Source: Acidobacterium sp. (GTDB lineage Bacteria; Acidobacteriota; Vicinamibacteria; Vicinamibacterales; UBA2999). Taken from it: DNA of 64,000 nucleotides. The stretch is taken from the NCBI GenBank assembly GCA_002737365.1, contig NSIL01000015.1:2199-66198 (forward strand). The letters are read 5' to 3'. The translations under genes and the position numbers were made by a program. Under the pieces are notes generated by a model. The model had not been told where the DNA came from. It saw only the letters and a program-made list of their open reading frames with translations, and did not search any database. Shown one piece after another: positions 39,365 to 49,489 of this stretch; the first letter of the stretch is position 1, and the number at the start of each line of letters is the position of its first letter.

Positions 39365-40662
39365 CGGTGCAAATCGGTGGCTGTCTTCATCCATGGCCCC
39401 GCGACGGCGATGGTGGCACGCGACGGATCCAGGAGCTGACGCGCGGCGGCATTGGCCGCATCGAGCGTCACCGACTGGATCAAGGCGGGCAAGCGCGCAT
39501 CGTAATCCAGGCCCAGGTCGAAGAAGTCGGCGTTGAGGAGGAACGAGGCGATGGCGGCGTTGGTCTCGAGCTGGCGCGGCAGCGATCCCACCAGGTAGCT
39601 CTTCGACTCGTCAATCTCCTGCGCCGTGAATCCTGACTGCAGGACGGCAGTCAGCTCAGCATCGATCGAGGCGATGGCGCGCTCGACGTTGTCGGCCGAG
39701 ACGCCGGCGCGAATCGTGAACGCTCCGGCGCCCAGGCTCGCGTCGAGTGAGCTGAACACGTAATAGGCCATGCCCTGCCGCTCGCGGATGCTGTCGCCCA
39801 GGCGCCCGCCAATGGCGTACTGACCGAGCGCGTTGTTCATCACCGAGAACGCGGTGTAGTCCGGGTGGGCGCGGCGGATGCCGATGAAGCCGTACGCCAG
39901 ATCGGCCTGGGCCTTGTTCATCATCGACACGCTGACCAGGCGGCGCTCGGTCGGGGCGATAGCATCGGGCACGAGCACGGCGTCGGGACCGGACAAACCT
40001 GAAGGTTTGTCCCCACGGGCGGAGACGGCCCAGTCGCCAAATGCCTTGCCGATCGCGGCGATGGCCGCTTCCGCCGCGAAGTCGCCGACCACGACGACGG
40101 TCACGGCGTGCGGCTGGAAGCCCTTCTGGTAGAAGCGCACCAGGTCCTGGCGGCGGATACTCTCGACAGTGGCGACGCTGCCGCGCACCTTGCGGGCGTA
40201 GGGATGGGTGCCGTAGAGCGCCCGCGCGAACGCAGCCACGGCCATTGGCGCCGGGTGGTCTTCGTCCTGGCGGATCGACGTGATCAAATCCGCCCGCCGC
40301 GTGTTCACCTCGGTGTCAGGGAATGCCGGGTGGCGAGCGATGTCCGCGGCCAGGGCGAGCACGGCGCCAAAGTCGCCCGACAGGCAGGTGGCGCTGATCG
40401 CCATTTGATGCCGGCCGGTCGCGACCGACAGCGAGGCGCCGCGGCCATCAAGGTCGTCGGCAATGACATCCGCTGGACGCGTGATCGTGCCGCGGTCGAG
40501 CACCCGCGCGCACAGCGCCGCCGTGCCCTCGCGATCGGCCGGGTCGGCGTAGGCGCCCGTGCGCACACCAATCAACAGGCTCACCGCCGGCGTCGTGTGA
40601 TTCGATTTCACGATCACCGTGACGCCGTTGTCGAGGACATGTCGAGTCGGATTCAAACCCAT
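39361..40662 (-). CDS. M16B peptidase non-catalytic subunit
   Basis: M16 fold without HxxEH; RL..IRERQGMAY motif. Confidence 0.9.
   Translation of the reverse strand: MGLNPTRHVLDNGVTVIVKSNHTTPAVSLLIGVRTGAYADPADREGTAALCARVLDRGTITRPADVIADDLDGRGASLSVATGRHQMAISATCLSGDFGAVLALAADIARHPAFPDTEVNTRRADLITSIRQDEDHPAPMAVAAFARALYGTHPYARKVRGSVATVESIRRQDLVRFYQKGFQPHAVTVVVVGDFAAEAAIAAIGKAFGDWAVSARGDKPSGLSGPDAVLVPDAIAPTERRLVSVSMMNKAQADLAYGFIGIRRAHPDYTAFSVMNNALGQYAIGGRLGDSIRERQGMAYYVFSSLDASLGAGAFTIRAGVSADNVERAIASIDAELTAVLQSGFTAQEIDESKSYLVGSLPRQLETNAAIASFLLNADFFDLGLDYDARLPALIQSVTLDAANAAARQLLDPSRATIAVAGPWMKTATDLHR
39991..40016 (-). repeat. REP-type palindrome inside the M16 coding frame
   Basis: GTGG-GGACAAACC-TTCA-GGTTTGTCC (perfect 9-bp stem), encoding GDKPSGLS. 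Confidence 0.6.
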
Positions 40663-40686
40663 TCCGTTGTCACCAAGCCCCAGGCC

Positions 40687-41973
40687 TCAAGCCCCAAGCC
40701 CGATGACTGGTTCGAACCAGCCGATCGTGCGGTTGGCGGGGGTGAAGTATTTCACCGCGGCGGCGTGCACCGCCTCGGGCGTCACCGCCTCGAGCCGGGC
40801 CCTGAGGTCGTGATAGTTCCGCCACGATCCGATGGTCTCGAAGTAGCCCAGTTGATGCGCGATGTCGGTGACGCTGTCGCCGTCGTAAACGAACCGCGCG
40901 CGCAACTGCGCGTTGACCTTGGTGAACTCGGCCGGCGAGATGCCGTCGCGCTGCAGGCGAGCGACTTCTTTGAGCACGACCTCTTCAACCGCCGCCAGTG
41001 ACCCGCCCTCGGCGACGCTCACGCTGAGGGAGTAGAGGTAGGGGTGTTCCGTCGGCATCAGGCCGCCGCTGACACTCGCGGCGAGGCCGCCATCGACGAG
41101 GGCGCGATAGAGCCGCGCGCTGCGCTGGGGCCGCGACACGCCGCCGCCAGACCAGATGTTCAGGCCCGCCGCGCCATTGAGCACCGCGTCGGCCACCAGC
41201 AACGGAAAGAACGCTTCGTCGGTGAAGGCCGGGGCGTGAAATACCGCCTTCCAGTAGGCGGTGGTGCCTTCCTTGCGCAGCACCACTCGCCGCTCGGCCT
41301 GCTGCTCGGGCTCTACCTGGCGCACGCGCGCGGGCTGGGAACCCGAGGGGATGCTGCCAAAGTGCGCCGCCACGCGCTTCACCACGTCGTCGCTATCGAC
41401 ATCGCCGACCACGACGATGGTCGCGTTGGAAGGGACGTAGTAGCGGCGATAGTGGCCGAACAGATCTTCGCGGCCCATCGTCTGCAGGTCCGACAGCCAG
41501 CCGATCGTCGGGTGATGGTAGGGATGAACCTTGAACGCGGCGGCGGTGACTTCGGTATCGAGTAACTGCTCAGGATCGTTCTCGCCGCCCTGCAGCTCAG
41601 CGATGATCACGGTTCGCTCCGACTCGCAGTCGGCGGGGTCGTAGAGGCAGGCGTCCAGGCGCTCGGCCTCGATGAACAGCATCCGGTCGAGCGCGTCCTT
41701 CGACGCCGTCTCCAGGTAGGTGGTCTGGTCGATCCAGGTGTAGCCGTTCCAGCTGCCCCCGAACTTCTCGATGATGCCCTTCACCTGGTCCCGGGGAATG
41801 TTCCGGGTGCCCTTGAAGTTCATGTGCTCGACCCAGTGGGACACTCCGGTCACGCCGGGGGTCTCGTCCTTCGAGCCGACGCGATACCAGCACCAGACCG
41901 AGGCCAGCGGAGCGGTATGGACCTCCTGCACGAGGACCTTCAAGCCGTTATCGAGGACCGTTTCGCGAACCAT
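40687..41973 (-). CDS. M16B peptidase catalytic subunit
   Basis: HWVEH (HxxEH) zinc motif, [13 protein letters not shown]. Confidence 0.92.
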   Translation of the reverse strand: MVRETVLDNGLKVLVQEVHTAPLASVWCWYRVGSKDETPGVTGVSHWVEHMNFKGTRNIPRDQVKGIIEKFGGSWNGYTWIDQTTYLETASKDALDRMLFIEAERLDACLYDPADCESERTVIIAELQGGENDPEQLLDTEVTAAAFKVHPYHHPTIGWLSDLQTMGREDLFGHYRRYYVPSNATIVVVGDVDSDDVVKRVAAHFGSIPSGSQPARVRQVEPEQQAERRVVLRKEGTTAYWKAVFHAPAFTDEAFFPLLVADAVLNGAAGLNIWSGGGVSRPQRSARLYRALVDGGLAASVSGGLMPTEHPYLYSLSVSVAEGGSLAAVEEVVLKEVARLQRDGISPAEFTKVNAQLRARFVYDGDSVTDIAHQLGYFETIGSWRNYHDLRARLEAVTPEAVHAAAVKYFTPANRTIGWFEPVIGLGA

Positions 41974-42004
41974 TTCCCTTCAACACTACAATAGACAGAC
42001 AGCC

Positions 42005-44791
42005 ATGGCCGACTGGAAAGACACCTGCAACCTGCCGCGAACGCCCTTCTCGATGAAGGCGAACCTGCAGACGATCGAACCCGAGACCGTCGCCCGTTGG
42101 GACGCGATGGACCTGTACGGGCAGATTCGGGCCGCGCGCAAGGGCGCCAAGAAGTTCCTGCTGCACGACGGGCCGCCGTACGCCAACGGCAACATCCACA
42201 TCGGCCATGCGCTCAACAAGATTCTCAAGGATCTGGTCGTCAAGTCCCACAACATGATGGGCTTCGACGCGCCCTACATCCCCGGCTGGGACTGCCACGG
42301 CCTGCCGATCGAGCTGCGCGTCGACCGCGAACTGGGACCCAAGAAGCGGCAGATGAGCACGGCGGACTTCCGCCGCGAGTGCCAGGCCTATGCCGCCAAG
42401 TACCTCGACATCCAGCGGAGCGAGTTCAAGCGCCTGGGCGTGATCGGTGAATGGGTCGAACCGTACAAGACGATGAACCATCCGTACCAGGCGGCCATCG
42501 TCCGCGCGCTCGGCAAGTTCGTCGAGCAGGACATGGTTTACAAGGGCAAGAAGCCGGTGCACTGGTGCACCCATTGCCGCACCGCGCTGGCCGAAGCCGA
42601 AGTCGAGTACGAGCCGCACACCTCGCCGTCGATCTACGTCGAGTTCCCGCTGAGCGAAGGCAGCCATGCGGAGCTGGCGCAGCGCGTCCCGGCGCTGGCC
42701 GGCCGCCAGGTCTCGGTGTTGATCTGGACGACGACGCCCTGGACCATCCCGTCGAACCTGGCCGTCGCGTTCCATCCCGACTTCGAATACGGCGCGTACC
42801 GCATCGACGACAAAGTGGTGATCATCGCGAAGGGCCTCGCGGAAACCGTGAGCCTGAAGACCGGCCGCGCGTTTACGACGCCGCTGGCCAGCTTCGAAGG
42901 CAAGGTGATGGAGCGCCTGGTGTTCCGTCACCCGCTCTACGCACGCGATTCGCTGGGCGTGCTCGGCGACTACGTCACGCTCGAGGCCGGCACCGGCGCG
43001 GTGCACACGGCGCCGGGACACGGCGCGGACGACTATCACACCGGTGTGAAGTACGGTCTCGAGATCTACGCGCCGCTCGATCCGGGCGGCCACTACAACG
43101 AATCAGTCGAGCTGTTCGCCGGACTCAAGGTATGGGACGCCAATCCCAAAGTTGAAGCCGCGCTCAAAGAGCGTGGCCGGCTGTGGGCGCGCGCCGACTT
43201 CGAGCACTCGTATCCGCACTGCTGGCGTTGTCACCACCCGGTGATCTTTCTGGCGACGGCACAGTGGTTCATCTCGATGGACACGAAGCACTTGCGCCAG
43301 CGGGCGCTGAAGGCAATCAACGACACGCGCTGGATCCCGTCGTGGGGCCAGGCCCGCATCGAAGGCATGATCGCCAACCGTCCCGACTGGTGCATCTCGC
43401 GCCAGCGCGTCTGGGGTGTGCCGATCCCGGCGATGGATTGCGTCAAGTGCGGCCACGCTGTGCTGACCAAGGCGCTGGTCGACCAGGCCGCGGGCGTGTT
43501 CGACGTCTATGGCGCCGACGCCTGGTACGAGCGGCCGATCGAAGAGTTTGTGCCCGAAGGCATGACCTGCCGCGAGTGCGGTGGCGGCGAGTTCGAGCGT
43601 GAAAGCAACATCCTGGACGTGTGGTTCGACTCGGGCTCCAGCCACGAGGCGGTGCTGCCCTTCCGGGCTGACCACCAGTGGCCGGCCGACATCTATCTCG
43701 AGGGTAGCGACCAGCACCGCGGCTGGTTCCACAGCTCGCTGCTGGTCGGCATCGGCACGCGCGGCCGGGCGCCGTTCAACCAGGTGCTGACGCACGGCTT
43801 CGTCATGGACGACCAGGGTCGCAAGATGTCGAAGTCGCTGGGCAACACCGTGGCGCCGCAGGACATCATCAAGCAGAGTGGTGCGGAGATCCTGCGGCTG
43901 TGGGCGTCGATGGTCGACTACCGCGAAGACATCAAGGTGGGCAAGGAAGTCCTCGCGCGCACGGTGGAGGCGTATCGGAAGATCCGCAACGTCATCCGCG
44001 TCCTGGTCGCGAACCTGTACGATTTCGATCCCACGGACGACGGCGTGCCCAAGACCCGCATGCCGGAGGTCGATCGCTGGGTGCTCGCGAAGTACGCCGA
44101 CGCCGCCGAACGCATCGTCAAGGCCTACGACGACTACGACTACCCTGGCATCTTCCAGGTCGCCAGCCAGTTGATCACCGTCGACCTGAGCGCGTTTTAC
44201 ATTGACGTGACCAAGGACCGGATGTACACCTCCGGCCCCAAGTCAGAAGCCCGGCGCTCGGGCCAAACGGCGATGTACATCATTGTCGACGGCCTGGCGC
44301 GGCTGCTCGCGCCAATCTTGTCGGTGACGATGGACGAACTGTGGCGCATGCTGCCGGGTGAGCGCGAGGCGTCGGTGCACATGGCGCTGTTCCCGACGGA
44401 ATTGGCGCAGTGGCAGGATGCCGCGCTCGTCGAACGCTGGGCCGCGCTCGCCGCGGTGCGCAACGTGGTCAACCTGCAACTCGAAGAGAAGCGCCAGGAC
44501 AAGACCATCGGCGCCAACCTGTCGGCCGCCGTTGTGGTAACGGCCAGCGGAGCCAACGGCGCGCTGCTGACGGATTATCGCGACTTCCTGCCGACGCTGT
44601 TCGGCGTATCCCACGTCGAGTTGGTCGAGGGTTCGCCGGCGGCGGAAGGCGTGACCGTCGCGGTGGAGCGCGCCGACGGCACCAAGTGCGAGCGCTGCTG
44701 GCGCTACGTGCCCGAAGTGAGCCAGAACGCCGAGCGCACGGGCCTGTGCCCGCGCTGCGTGGCAGCCCTGGCCGAGCCGGTGAGCCTGTAA
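42005..44791 (+). CDS. ileS: isoleucine--tRNA ligase (type 1)
   Basis: [25 protein letters not shown]-terminal CERCW...CPRC. Confidence 0.97.
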   Translation: MADWKDTCNLPRTPFSMKANLQTIEPETVARWDAMDLYGQIRAARKGAKKFLLHDGPPYANGNIHIGHALNKILKDLVVKSHNMMGFDAPYIPGWDCHGLPIELRVDRELGPKKRQMSTADFRRECQAYAAKYLDIQRSEFKRLGVIGEWVEPYKTMNHPYQAAIVRALGKFVEQDMVYKGKKPVHWCTHCRTALAEAEVEYEPHTSPSIYVEFPLSEGSHAELAQRVPALAGRQVSVLIWTTTPWTIPSNLAVAFHPDFEYGAYRIDDKVVIIAKGLAETVSLKTGRAFTTPLASFEGKVMERLVFRHPLYARDSLGVLGDYVTLEAGTGAVHTAPGHGADDYHTGVKYGLEIYAPLDPGGHYNESVELFAGLKVWDANPKVEAALKERGRLWARADFEHSYPHCWRCHHPVIFLATAQWFISMDTKHLRQRALKAINDTRWIPSWGQARIEGMIANRPDWCISRQRVWGVPIPAMDCVKCGHAVLTKALVDQAAGVFDVYGADAWYERPIEEFVPEGMTCRECGGGEFERESNILDVWFDSGSSHEAVLPFRADHQWPADIYLEGSDQHRGWFHSSLLVGIGTRGRAPFNQVLTHGFVMDDQGRKMSKSLGNTVAPQDIIKQSGAEILRLWASMVDYREDIKVGKEVLARTVEAYRKIRNVIRVLVANLYDFDPTDDGVPKTRMPEVDRWVLAKYADAAERIVKAYDDYDYPGIFQVASQLITVDLSAFYIDVTKDRMYTSGPKSEARRSGQTAMYIIVDGLARLLAPILSVTMDELWRMLPGEREASVHMALFPTELAQWQDAALVERWAALAAVRNVVNLQLEEKRQDKTIGANLSAAVVVTASGANGALLTDYRDFLPTLFGVSHVELVEGSPAAEGVTVAVERADGTKCERCWRYVPEVSQNAERTGLCPRCVAALAEPVSL

Positions 44792-44792
44792 C

Positions 44793-45287
44793 ATGCTGGC
44801 AACCCGGAAGCTCGAGAGTTACGTTGCCGTCGTTGTGGTGATCCTCGATCAGATCACCAAGGCGCTGGTCCGTCCGGCGCTGGCGTTGCACGATAGCTTG
44901 GTCGTGATTCCGAACTTCCTGGATCTCACGCGTGTGCACAACACCGGTGCGGCGTTCGGCATGTTGAACTCGGTGGAGTTTCCGTTCAAAGCGGTGGTGC
45001 TGTCGCTGGTGGCACTGGTCGCGCTGGGCGGCGTCGCATGGTACGCTGCTACCGTGCCGCTCGGCGATTGGCTGGCCCGCATCGGCATTGCCGGCGTGCT
45101 GGGCGGTGCCATCGGCAACCTGATCGACCGTGCGACCGTCGGCTACGTGCTCGATTTCGTCGACGCGTACTGGAATGGCTGGCACTTCTGGGCTTTTAAC
45201 GTCGCCGATGCCGCCATCTCCGTCGGCGTGGTGTTCATGATTCTCGACATTGTTGGAGTGGGACGCAGTGCATCCGATCCTGTTTAG
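44793..45287 (+). CDS. lspA: signal peptidase II
   Basis: DQITK, NTGAAFG, GNLIDR, VLDF, FNVAD. Confidence 0.95.
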   Translation: MLATRKLESYVAVVVVILDQITKALVRPALALHDSLVVIPNFLDLTRVHNTGAAFGMLNSVEFPFKAVVLSLVALVALGGVAWYAATVPLGDWLARIGIAGVLGGAIGNLIDRATVGYVLDFVDAYWNGWHFWAFNVADAAISVGVVFMILDIVGVGRSASDPV

Positions 45288-46098
45288 CGCCGGACCAGTC
45301 ACCATTTATTCCTACGGCGTGCTGCTTGCCGGCGCCTACCTGGCCGGCTTGTGGCTGGCGGTCAGGCGCGCGAAAGCCGCCGGCATCGACGGCAACCGGA
45401 TCATGGATCTGCTGATCTGGGTGATCATCGCGGCCCTGGTCGGCGCCAAGGCGCTGCTGTTGGTGGTCGACTTCCAGCACTTCACCAGCAGTTGGGCGGA
45501 GTTCACCACGCTGCTGCGCTCGGGCGGCGTGTTCTACGGCGGCTTGATCGCCGCCATTCTCATCGGCGTTTACCAACTGCGCAAGCACCGGCTGCCGCTA
45601 TGGCCGGCGACTGACTTGTTCTCGCCTGGTATTGCCCTCGGCTATATGGTGGGCCGTCTCGGCTGCCTGATGGCCGGCTGCTGTTATGGCAAGCCGACCG
45701 AGGTCGCGTGGGCCATCACCTTCACCGACCCCGCCGCTAACTTCAACGTCGGCACGCCGCTGAACGTCGCGCTGCATCCGACGCAGCTGTACGAGGCGGC
45801 CGCGGGCCTGGTCATTCTGGTCGCCCTGCTGGTGCTCGAGAAGCGGCCCAAGCCGTTCCCGGGACGCACCTTCTGGAGCTTCGCGTTCCTGTATTCCGTG
45901 CTCCGCTTCATCATCGAGTTCTACCGTGGGGACGACCGCGGGTTGGTCCTCGACCTGTTGTCGACGTCGCAGTTCATCTCGGTGGTGCTTGGTCCGCTCA
46001 GCCTGATCATGCTGTGGTACTTGAGCCGCGCCAATCGTCCGGCCGCGCCGGAAGTGCTCGACCGGGTGCACGCCCCGCGCAAGCCGCGGTTCACATGA
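45268..46098 (+). CDS. lgt: prolipoprotein diacylglyceryl transferase
   Basis: YSYG, FYGG, GRLGC..AGCCYG, HPTQLYE, RFIIEFYR. Confidence 0.94.
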   Translation: MHPILFSAGPVTIYSYGVLLAGAYLAGLWLAVRRAKAAGIDGNRIMDLLIWVIIAALVGAKALLLVVDFQHFTSSWAEFTTLLRSGGVFYGGLIAAILIGVYQLRKHRLPLWPATDLFSPGIALGYMVGRLGCLMAGCCYGKPTEVAWAITFTDPAANFNVGTPLNVALHPTQLYEAAAGLVILVALLVLEKRPKPFPGRTFWSFAFLYSVLRFIIEFYRGDDRGLVLDLLSTSQFISVVLGPLSLIMLWYLSRANRPAAPEVLDRVHAPRKPRFT

Positions 46099-47225
46099 GT
46101 CAGGGCAAAGGTCCCGGCACACGGGACCGCACCAAGCCCCGCACGAAGGCCGCCGCCAGGAAAGCGGTCAAGAAGGCCCCCCTTCGCCAAGGCTTCGGGC
46201 CAGGATCGTGCCAGGTGTCATTTACCGCTGAGGAAGACCACCGCGGCGAGCGCCTCGATCGCTATCTCGCCGGCGAGATCCCGGACTACTCACGCTCCCA
46301 GATCCAGCGATTGATCGAAAGCGGGCACGTCGGGCACTCGCGGTATTCGGCGGCCAAGTCGAACTCCGACATTCGCCAGGGCGATGTGATCACGGTGGCG
46401 CTGCCGGAGCCGATCGCCTCGGCGGCGCAGGCCGAAGATCTCCCGATCGAGATCCTCTACGACGACCTCGACATTGTCGTCATCAACAAGCCGGCGGGCA
46501 TGGTCGTGCACCCGGCCGCTGGTAACCCGACGGGCACGCTCGTCAACGCGCTGCTGCATCACGTGAAGAACCTGAGCGGCATTGGCGGCGAGATCCGTCC
46601 GGGCATCGTGCACCGGCTCGACAAAGGCACGTCGGGCGTGATGGTGGTGGCCAAGAATGACGAGGCGCACCGGGAACTGACGCGGCAGTTTCACGACCGC
46701 GAAGTCGAGAAGGAATACGTCGCGCTGGCCTGGGGGCTGGTGCAGCAGCGCAAGCGCATCAACGCGCGGATTGGCCGTGACCCCAACAATCGCATCAAGA
46801 TGTCGACCCGGGCCAGCCGTTCACGCTCGGCCATTACCCGGGTGACGTGGTCGAGAGACCTCCAGGGCGTGACCCTGCTTCGCGTGGCGATTCAGACCGG
46901 ACGCACGCACCAGATTCGCGTGCACTTGAGCGCCATCGGCCACCCGATTGTCGGCGACGCGCTCTACGGCGGCGTGCACCGGCGCGTGCCGCATCCGCTG
47001 AAGGCGGTGACCAGGCTGGCGCGGCCGTTCCTGCACGCCGAGCGCCTGGTAATCACCCATCCGCGGACCGGCGAGCGCATGGAGTTCATGGCGCCGATTC
47101 CAGCCGACCTCGAGGCGATTGCCTACGAGCTGGCGCCGCCCGAGATCCGTGAAACCGTGTTCGCCCGGGTGTCGATCGCCGAAGAGACGCATCACGATCT
47201 GGATGACGACGAAGACGACGAGTAA
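46095..47225 (+). CDS. rluD: RluA/RluD-family 23S rRNA pseudouridine synthase
   Basis: S4-like RLDRYL, NKPAGMVVHP, HRLDKGTSG, TGRTHQIRVH. Confidence 0.92.
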   Translation: MSQGKGPGTRDRTKPRTKAAARKAVKKAPLRQGFGPGSCQVSFTAEEDHRGERLDRYLAGEIPDYSRSQIQRLIESGHVGHSRYSAAKSNSDIRQGDVITVALPEPIASAAQAEDLPIEILYDDLDIVVINKPAGMVVHPAAGNPTGTLVNALLHHVKNLSGIGGEIRPGIVHRLDKGTSGVMVVAKNDEAHRELTRQFHDREVEKEYVALAWGLVQQRKRINARIGRDPNNRIKMSTRASRSRSAITRVTWSRDLQGVTLLRVAIQTGRTHQIRVHLSAIGHPIVGDALYGGVHRRVPHPLKAVTRLARPFLHAERLVITHPRTGERMEFMAPIPADLEAIAYELAPPEIRETVFARVSIAEETHHDLDDDEDDE

Positions 47226-47227
47226 CC

Positions 47228-47606
47228 TTGGTCTGCGGCCGAGGAGTTCGGCGTGATCATGATCGCACCCGAATCACGAGGACTGACCTGGGGACGGGCG
47301 ATCCCCGGCTTCGATGCCGACGTGCGTTACCTCGGTCCGGCCTATCGTCACGTGGCGAACATCGTCGACATCGACGAGAGCCGCGTCGCCCTCGGCGGCG
47401 TGTCCGATGGCGGCGGCTACGCGCTGTCGATGGGCCTGGCCTACGGCAACAGCTTCAACCACCTGATCATCCTGATGGCCGGCCAGATGATTCCGTATCG
47501 CTACCAGGGCAAGCCGAAGATCTTCATAGTCCACGGCGTGAACGACACGCAAATGCCCATCGACAAGACGGCGCGCGTCTACGTACCGAAGCTGAAGGCC
47601 GAGTAG
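47228..47606 (+). pseudogene. phospholipase/carboxylesterase remnant
   Basis: GVSDG nucleophile elbow and HGVND Asp present. The N-terminus and the C-terminal catalytic His are missing. Confidence 0.6.
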
Positions 47607-47610
47607 GACG

Positions 47611-48147
47611 ATGGGGATCGGGACGGGAACGCTGCTCGCGCGCGCGGTGAAGTACACCGGCCGCATCTTCCGCGTCGAGGTCGATCGCGTCACGCTGCCG
47701 AGTGGCCACATGCTCGACATGGAGATCGTCCGGCATCCCGGGTCGGTCGTGCTGCTGCCAATACCAGCACCGGATTCGATCATCCTGATCCGCCAGTACC
47801 GCTACGCGATCGATCGCTGGATCTGGGAGCTGCCAGCCGGCACGCTGAAGCCGGGTGAAGATCCGTCCGCCGCCGCCGCGCGCGAATGCGAGGAGGAGAT
47901 CGGTCTCGTGCCTCACCGCGTGACACGCCTGAACGGGTATTTCCCGACGCCCGGCTTCTGCGATGAAGAAATGATCTACTGCCGATGCGAGGACCTGCAA
48001 CCCCCAGCTGCGGATTCCACGGTTCGCAAGGACGAGGACGAAGACATCGAACCGAAGACGTTCACCCTTGCCGAGGCCCGGGCACTGGTGGCGTCAGGCG
48101 AAATCGTCGACCTGAAGACGCTGGCGGGCCTGGCGCTGCTCCCGTGA
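47611..48147 (+). CDS. NUDIX hydrolase (ADP-ribose pyrophosphatase-like)
   Basis: ELPAG...AARECEEEIG Nudix box, TPGFCDE. Confidence 0.92.
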   Translation: MGIGTGTLLARAVKYTGRIFRVEVDRVTLPSGHMLDMEIVRHPGSVVLLPIPAPDSIILIRQYRYAIDRWIWELPAGTLKPGEDPSAAAARECEEEIGLVPHRVTRLNGYFPTPGFCDEEMIYCRCEDLQPPAADSTVRKDEDEDIEPKTFTLAEARALVASGEIVDLKTLAGLALLP

Positions 48148-48318
48148 TTCATGCTGCTGCGCACCCCAGGCTTAGGGTGCCTTTCTAAAACAGCGCCGCC
48201 GGGACCTTCAACGCGGAAGTCCAGCGCCCCCGACTGGCGTGATCAGCCGTCGCGCAGCCCCACGGCTTGCGTATCCGCGCCGGAAGCACGACAATCTCGC
48301 AATCAAGGGAGACGCCCG

Positions 48319-49479
48319 ATGACCACGACTCGCCGCCGTTCCGCCGTTCTTCTTAGCGCCACCGTGCTTGCCTTGGTGAGCGCGAACCTCATGGGCCAGG
48401 CGCCGCAAGCCCCGGCCGCGCCACCGCGCGGGGCCTCCGCTCCGCCCGAGCACGCCAAAGTCACGCCCATCAACAACCTGCCGAATCCCTATGAGACCGT
48501 CCGCAATTTCGGCACGCTCCCCGACGGACGCAAGTGGGGATCGGTCAGCGCGATCAACGTCGACCCTGACGGCAAGCACATCTGGGTCGGTGACCGCTGC
48601 GGCGCAAATTCCTGCGCCGGTTCGACCGTCAATCCAATCGTCAAGCTTGATCCCACCGGCAAGGTGGTCGCCAGCCTTGGCGCCGGCCTCATCCTGTGGC
48701 CGCATGGCATGGACGTCGACAAGCAGGGTAACGTCTGGATCGTCGATGCGCGCTCGGCGACCGCCGCGGAACTGAAGCAGTTCCCCGATGCGAAGGGCAA
48801 GGGCCACACCGTGCTCAAGTTCAGCCCCCAGGGCAAGCTGCTGATGACGCTGGGCACGCCCGGAGAGGCCGGCGATCCGCCGGCGAAGTTCAGCGAACCC
48901 AACGACGTGCTGGTCGCGCCCGATGGCAGTATCTTCGTCGCCGAGGCGCACGGCGCGCAGTTCCTCGACGCCGATGGTCCCGGGGCGATTGGCCGCATCT
49001 CAAAATTCGCGCCCGACGGCAAGTTCATCAAGACGTTCGGGTCCTACGGCTACGGACCGAGCCAGTTCCGCGGTCCGCACTCGCTGGCCATGGATTCCAA
49101 GGGCCGCCTGTTCGTCGCCGATCGCGGCAATCGCCGCATCCAGATCTTCGACCAGGACGGGAAGTACCTCGACATGTGGTACCAGTTCAGCCGCATCAGC
49201 GGGCTCTACATCGATCGCCACGACACGCTCTACGCGATCGACTCGGAGTCGGACGACAACTACAACCCCGGCTGGCGCAAGGGCCTGCGGGTCGGCAGCG
49301 CGCGCACCGGCGAAGTGTGGTCTTTCGTGCCCGAGCATGTCTCGCGACAGGCATCGGGCATGGGCGGCTACGGCTCGATGGGTGAAGGCGTCGCGGTTGA
49401 CGCACAGGGCAATGTCTACGGCGGCGAGGTGGGTCCCATCCAAGGCGTCACCAAGTTCATCCCGCGCCTGAAGCGCTGA
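48319..49479 (+). CDS. secreted NHL-repeat (peptidylglycine alpha-amidating lyase-like) protein
   Basis: [30 protein letters not shown]; signal peptide. Confidence 0.88.
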   Translation: MTTTRRRSAVLLSATVLALVSANLMGQAPQAPAAPPRGASAPPEHAKVTPINNLPNPYETVRNFGTLPDGRKWGSVSAINVDPDGKHIWVGDRCGANSCAGSTVNPIVKLDPTGKVVASLGAGLILWPHGMDVDKQGNVWIVDARSATAAELKQFPDAKGKGHTVLKFSPQGKLLMTLGTPGEAGDPPAKFSEPNDVLVAPDGSIFVAEAHGAQFLDADGPGAIGRISKFAPDGKFIKTFGSYGYGPSQFRGPHSLAMDSKGRLFVADRGNRRIQIFDQDGKYLDMWYQFSRISGLYIDRHDTLYAIDSESDDNYNPGWRKGLRVGSARTGEVWSFVPEHVSRQASGMGGYGSMGEGVAVDAQGNVYGGEVGPIQGVTKFIPRLKR

Positions 49480-49489
49480 GGTCCCGATC

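Noticed and set aside
41771-42004. N-terminal extension of IleS in the ORF track
   Set aside because: It is antisense to the M16 gene. The family-typical start is MADWKDT at 42005.
48151-48318. Upstream extension of the NHL gene / possible VOC-family fragment on the minus strand
   Set aside because: The true start at 48319 has RBS GGGAG. The KPWG-like match is too short to support a call.
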